DNA from: Malacoraja senta
Taxonomy: Eukaryota
Reading direction: 5' to 3'
NCBI GenBank assembly: GCA_038087875.1
Contig: JAXLNO010004858.1
Span: 1-53,468 of the forward strand
Length of the DNA: 53,468 bases
Part shown: positions 48,237 through 53,468 of the stretch, piece after piece
Position numbering within the stretch: the stretch's first letter is position 1
Layout of the letters: every line of letters starts with the position of its first letter
Position numbers and translations under genes: made by a program
The notes under the pieces: generated by a model
What the model saw: the letters and a program-made list of their open reading frames with translations, nothing else
Database searches by the model: none
What the model was told of the DNA's origin: nothing

Positions 48237-50155
48237 AAACATAGAAAATAGGTGCAGGAGGAGGCCATTCGGCCCTTCGAGCCAGCACCGCCATTCATTG
48301 TGATCATGGCTGATCGTCCCCTATCAATAACCCGTGCCTGCCTTCTCCCCATATCCATTGACTCCACTAGCCCCCTAGAGCTCTATCTAACTCTCTCTTA
48401 AATCCATCCAGTGACTTGGCCTCCACTGCCCTCTGTGGCAGGGGAATTCCATAAATTCACAACTCTCTGGGTGAAAAAGTTTTTTCTCACCTCAGTCTTA
48501 AATGACCTCCCCTTTATTCTAAGACTGTGGCCCCTGGCTCTGGACTCGCCCAACATTGGGGAAAAAATTTCCTGCATCTAGCTTGTCCAGTCCTTTTATA
48601 ATTTTATATTTTTCTATAAGATGCCCCCTCATCCTTCTAAACTCCAGTGAATACAAGCCTAGTCTTTTCAATCTTTCCTCATATGACAAGTCCCCGCCAT
48701 CCCAGGGATCAATCTCGTGAACCTACGCTGCACCTGCCTCAATCACAAGGATGTCCTTCCTCAAATTAGGAGACCAAAACTGGACACAATACTCCAGATG
48801 TGGTCTCACCAGAGCCCTATACAACTGCAGAAGAACCTCTTTACTACTATACTGAAATCCTCTTGTTATGAAGGCCAACATTCCATTAGCTTTCTTCACT
48901 GCCTGCTGTACCTGCACACCAACTTTCAGTGACTGGTGTACAAGGACGCCCAGGTCTCGCTGCACCATCCCCCCTTACCTAACCCCATTGAGATAATAAT
49001 CTGCCCCCTTATTTTTGCCGCCAAAGTGGATAACCTCACATTTATCTATTTATACTGCATCTGCCACGCATTCTGCCCACTAACTCAACCTGTCCAGGTC
49101 ACCCTGCAACCTCCTAACATCCTCTTCACAGTTCACACTGCCACCCAGTTTTGTGTCATCTGCAAACTCTCTAGTGTTGCTCCTAATTCCCTCTTCCAAA
49201 TCATTAATATATATGGTAAACAGTTGTGGCCCCAACACAGAGCCCTTGCGGCACTCCACTCGCCACTGCCTGCCATTATGAAAAGGACCCGTTCACTCCT
49301 ACTCTTTGCTTCCGGTCTGCCAGCCAATTTTCTATCCATGTCAACACCCTACCACCAATACCATGTGCTCTAATTTTAGTCACCAGGCTCCCGTGCGGGA
49401 CCTTATCAAAGGCTTTCTGAAAGTCTAGATACACTACATCCTCTGGCACCCCTTCATCCATTTTACTTGTCACATCCTCAAAATATTCCAGAAGATTAGT
49501 CAAGCATGATTTCCCTTCATAAATCCATGTTGACTTGGACCTAATCCTTTTACTGCTATCCAAATGCCCCATTATTACCGCTTTAATAATTGACTCCAGC
49601 ATCTTTTCCACCACCGAAGTCAGGCTAACTGGTCTGTAATTCCCCGTTTTCTCTCTCGCTCCTTTCTTGAAAAGTGGGATAACATTAGCTAGTCTCCAAA
49701 CCACAGGAACTGATCCTGAATCTATTGAACATTGGAAAATGATCACCAATGCGTCCACTATTTCTAGAGCCACCTCCCTGAGGACCCTGGTATGCAGACC
49801 ATCAGGCCCAGGGGATTTATCATCCTTCAGTCCCATTAGCCTACCCAATACTATTTCTCGCCTAATGAACATTTCTTACAATTCCTCTAACCCCCTTAGA
49901 TCCTCTGTCCTCCAGTACATCTGGGAGATTGTTTGTGTCTTCCTTAGTGAACACAGATCCGAAGTACCTATTCAACTCTTCCTGCCATTTCCTTGTTGCC
50001 CTTAATAATTTCACCCGTGTCCGCCTTCAAGGGACCCACATTTGACTTTGCTACTCTTTTTCCCTTAACATATCTAAAGAAGCTTTTACTGTCCTTCTTT
50101 ATATTCCTGGCCAGCTTCCCCCCCGTACTTAATCTTTTCAGCCCGTATTGCCCGT
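48237..50155 (-). mobile_element. CR1 family A, about 1.9 kb 5'-truncated copy
   Basis: KSPGPDG, DFQKAFDKVPH; tail near 48237. Confidence 0.9.
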
Positions 50156-50479
50156 ATGTCAAAGTGGCTCAGTAAAAAAATTGGGGTGACCCTTTAATAA
50201 AGGCAAACTGGTGAGGCAAGATCCAGGGCTCTAACCGGTGTCGAGTCCTATACTGACTTTGGGTGAAAACCGTGGTTAGCACAAATTGCCACATATTTAT
50301 TAACCCACCTCCCAGACACAGACCTCAGTCCAAAGGAAAAATTCAGGGAATGCAAGGAATGTTGCAAGGAATGGACGTGTTTGGTTATAATCATCCAAGG
50401 ATGAGCAATACAAAATGTCTCTCGTGGAAGATACCAATATTTTACAGCATGGAGAGTATCTATACTCTGCCAGGTTTCA

Positions 50480-52580
50480 TATGGTTGCAGGAGGGCTGTG
50501 ATTGGAAACTAAATATTCCAGGATTTTGTTGCTTCAGGTGTGATAGAATTGGAGGGGCAAGAGGTGGAGGTGTTGCATTGCTTATCAGGGAAGATATTAC
50601 AGCAGTGCTTTGGCAGGATAGATTAGAGGGCTCTTCTAGGGAGGCTATTTGGGTAGAACTGAGAAATGGGAAAGGGGTAGCAACACTCATAGGGGTGTAT
50701 TATAGACCGCCAAATGGGGAGCGAGAATTGGAAGAGCAAATATGTAAGGAGATTGCAGATATTAGTAGTAAGCACAAGGTAGTGATTGTGGGAGATTTCA
50801 ATTTTCCACACATAGACTGGGACACACATTCTGTAAATGGGCTGGATGGGTTGGAGTTTGTAAAATGTGTGCAGGATAGTTTTTTGCAGCAATACATAGA
50901 CGTACCTACTAGAGAAAGGGCGGTGCTGGACCTCCTGTTAGGAAATGAGACGGGTCAGGTGGCAGAGGTATGCATTGGGGAACAGTTCTGGACCAGTGAT
51001 CACAATACCATTAGTTTCAATATAATTATGGAGAGGGTCAGAACTGGGTTGAGATTTTTGATTGGAGAAAGGCTAACTTTGAGGAGATGCGAAAGGATTT
51101 AAAAGGAGTAAATTGGGACAGTTTGTTTTATGGGAAAGATGTGGAAGAGAAATGGAGGACATTTAAAGGTGAAATTTTAAAGAGTACAGAATCTTTATGT
51201 CCCTGTTCGGTTGAAAGTAAATAGTAAAAATTGGAAAGAGCCATGGTTTTCAAGGGAAATTGGACACAGTTCGGAAAAAGAGAGAGATCTACAAGATTTG
51301 TGCCTGGAAGGTAATGTTTGACTAATCTTCTTGAATTTTTTGAAGAGGTTACTCGGGAAATTGATGAGGGTAAAGCCGGGGATGTTGTATATATGGACTT
51401 CAGTAAGGCCTTTGACAAGGTTCCTCACGGAAGGTTGGTTAAGAAGGTTCAATGGTTGGGTATTAATGGTGGAGTAGCAAGATGGATTCAACAGTGGCTG
51501 AATGGGAGATGCCAGAGAGTAATGGTGGATGGTTGTTTGTCAGGTTGGAGGCCAGTGACTAGTGGGTGCCACAGGGATCTGTGTTGGGTCCACTGTTGTT
51601 TGTCATGTACATCAATGATCTGGATGATGGTGTGGTAAATTGGATTAGTAAGTATGCAGATGATACTAAGATAGGTGGGGCTGTGGATAATGAAGTAGAT
51701 TTTCAAAGTCTACAGAGAGATTTATGCCGGTTGGAAGAGTGGGCTGAAAGATGGCAGATGGAGTTTAATGATGATAAGTGTGAGGTGTTACATCTTGGCA
51801 GGACAAATCAAAATAGGACGTACATGGTAAATGGTAGGGAATTGAAGAATGCAGGTGAACAGAGGGATCTTGGAATAACTGTGCACAGTTCCCTGAAAGT
51901 GGAATCTCATGTAGATAGGGTGGTAACGAAAGCTTTTAGTGTGCTGACTTTTATAAATCAGAGCATTGAGTATAGAAGTTGGGATGTAATGTTAAAATTG
52001 TACAAGGCATTGGTGAGGCCAATTCTGGAGTATGGTGTACAATTTTGGTCGCCTAATTATAGGAAGGATGTCAACAAAATAGAGAGAGTACAGAGGAGAT
52101 TTATTAGAATGTTGCCTGGGTTTCAACAACTAAGTTACAGAGAAAGGTTGAACAAGTTAGGGCTTTATTCTTTGGAGCGCAGAAGGTTAAGGGGGGACTT
52201 GATAGAGGTCTTTAAAATGATGAGAGGGATAGACAGAGTTGACGTGGATAAGCTTTTCCCATTGAGAGTAGGGAAGATTCAAACAAGGGGACATGACTTG
52301 AGAATTAAGGGACAGAAGTTTAGGGGTAACATGAGGGGGGACTTCTTTACTCAGAGAGTGGTGGCTGTGTGGAATGAGCTTCCAGTGAAGGTGGTGGAGG
52401 CAGGTTCGTTTTTATCATTTAAAAATAAATTGGATAGTTATATGGACGGGAAAGGAATGGAGGGTTATGGTCTGAGCACAGGTATATGGGATTAGGGGAG
52501 AATACGTGTTCGGCACGGACTAGAAGGGTCGAGATGGCCTGTTTCCGTGCTGTAATTGTTATATGGTTATATGGTTATAT
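50480..52580 (+). mobile_element. CR1 family B with an internal deletion near 51295
   Basis: APE (WLQEG, GDFN, SDH), RT (YADD); (ATATGGTT)n tail. Confidence 0.9.
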
Positions 52581-52919
52581 GAGGTGATTTCCCCCCAACA
52601 CCGCGATGGTGGAACTCCATGACTGTCACTGATATGGGATGGGATTGAGCATCTTGCAAACACACATGTTTAACAATATCACATTGCTGATTAAAACAAG
52701 ATTCACAAAGCAAGAACAATGTACACTGTTAAACTAGGCTTACAAATTTCTGATGACACTGCAGCAACTGTGATCCACACTAATACCACGCACATAACTA
52801 TTGTTTAAATGAATTTGCTCGCCATTTTGCTTAAAGAAGGAGGGGTTGTGAAATAGACAACATCTTACATTGACAAATGTGATGTCTCCTGTCAGACATA
52901 CACAGTGTGTATGACTTGT

Positions 52920-53040
52920 TTAAGAAGGAACTGCAGATGCTGCAAAATCGAAGGTAGACAAAAATGCTGGAGAAACTCAGCAGGTGAGGCAGCATCTATG
53001 GAGCGAAGGAATAGGCGACGTTTCGGGTCGAGACCCTTCT
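52920..53040 (-). mobile_element. Short hammerhead-core element, truncated at the duplication breakpoint
   Basis: gacgtttcgggtcgagacccttctt with the CTG lost. Confidence 0.65.
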
Positions 53041-53468
53041 TATGACTCTGCTTTCTACGCAGTTGAAGACTTTGATCTCCGGGCTCTGATAGTTTCAATT
53101 CTGACACAAACGTTATCACCCTCCACAATAAGTATTTGAAAGCAAAATCAGCTCATATGGCTCAAGTGACTGAGTGTGTAAACAGTGCACACACGAGAGT
53201 GAGCTGAGTGGAACTAGACTCATGATGCTGCTTCAGAGGACAAGTGGCAGTGCAGGTCAGTCAGCGGCAATGAATGAATGAATCAATCTCTTCCTCCCCC
53301 AATGATTCTGAAGTGAAACGGGAAAATACATCTAATGCAGAATTTCATCCCAATCTGCAGCAGGAGGGGGACCTTGATACTTCTAACCATTTATGATTTG
53401 CTCTGCTGTCGCTGGAGAGTCAGCCACTAATTTATTTCAGATAGTTTCTATCAATTACTGAAACGCCT
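53041..53468. repeat. Inverted duplication, copy 2 (partner 19503-19928); runs to the window end
   Basis: Near-identical reverse complement. Confidence 0.95.

Noticed and set aside
14103-52910. CACAGTG/CACTGTG heptamers (for example near 14103, 18457, 45372, 52900) as RSS
   Set aside because: No nonamer at 12 or 23 bp in those I checked; several lie within repeats.
1-53468. CRISPR array, tRNA or rRNA genes
   Set aside because: Tandem repeats lack unique spacers, and no cloverleaf or rRNA-like sequence was recognised; the DNA is vertebrate nuclear.

Overview
Repeat-dense vertebrate genomic DNA, most likely from a cartilaginous fish (skate or ray; inferred from IgW/IgX-type exons and the repeat families). 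Host gene content: (1) On the + strand, a disabled IgW (IgX) heavy-chain cluster with a leader exon (36938-36983), a germline-joined and frameshifted V-J exon (37085-37384) and a CH1 exon (44743-45049). (2) On the - strand, an isolated intact IgW-type C1-set exon (17533-17850); sequence upstream of it (19503-19928) is duplicated in inverted orientation at the window end. (3) On the - strand, a ZW10-like first exon with a CpG-rich upstream region (13792-14030). The rest is mostly CR1-clade and Rex1-clade LINE fragments, three Tx1-clade elements, a CsRn1-like Gypsy LTR-gag fragment, Harbinger-like pieces, minisatellites and nine short elements carrying a minimal hammerhead-ribozyme-like core. 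The most unusual item is a full-length Tx1 LINE (31540-36904) whose 5' end is a U1 snRNA stem-loop I fragment with pairing-preserving substitutions, inserted 33 nt upstream of the IgW leader ATG. Exact TA-CAG-TA Tc1/mariner-type excision footprints are visible by comparing LINE copies within the window. All homology calls come from recalled reference sequences, not from database searches, and repeat boundaries are approximate.
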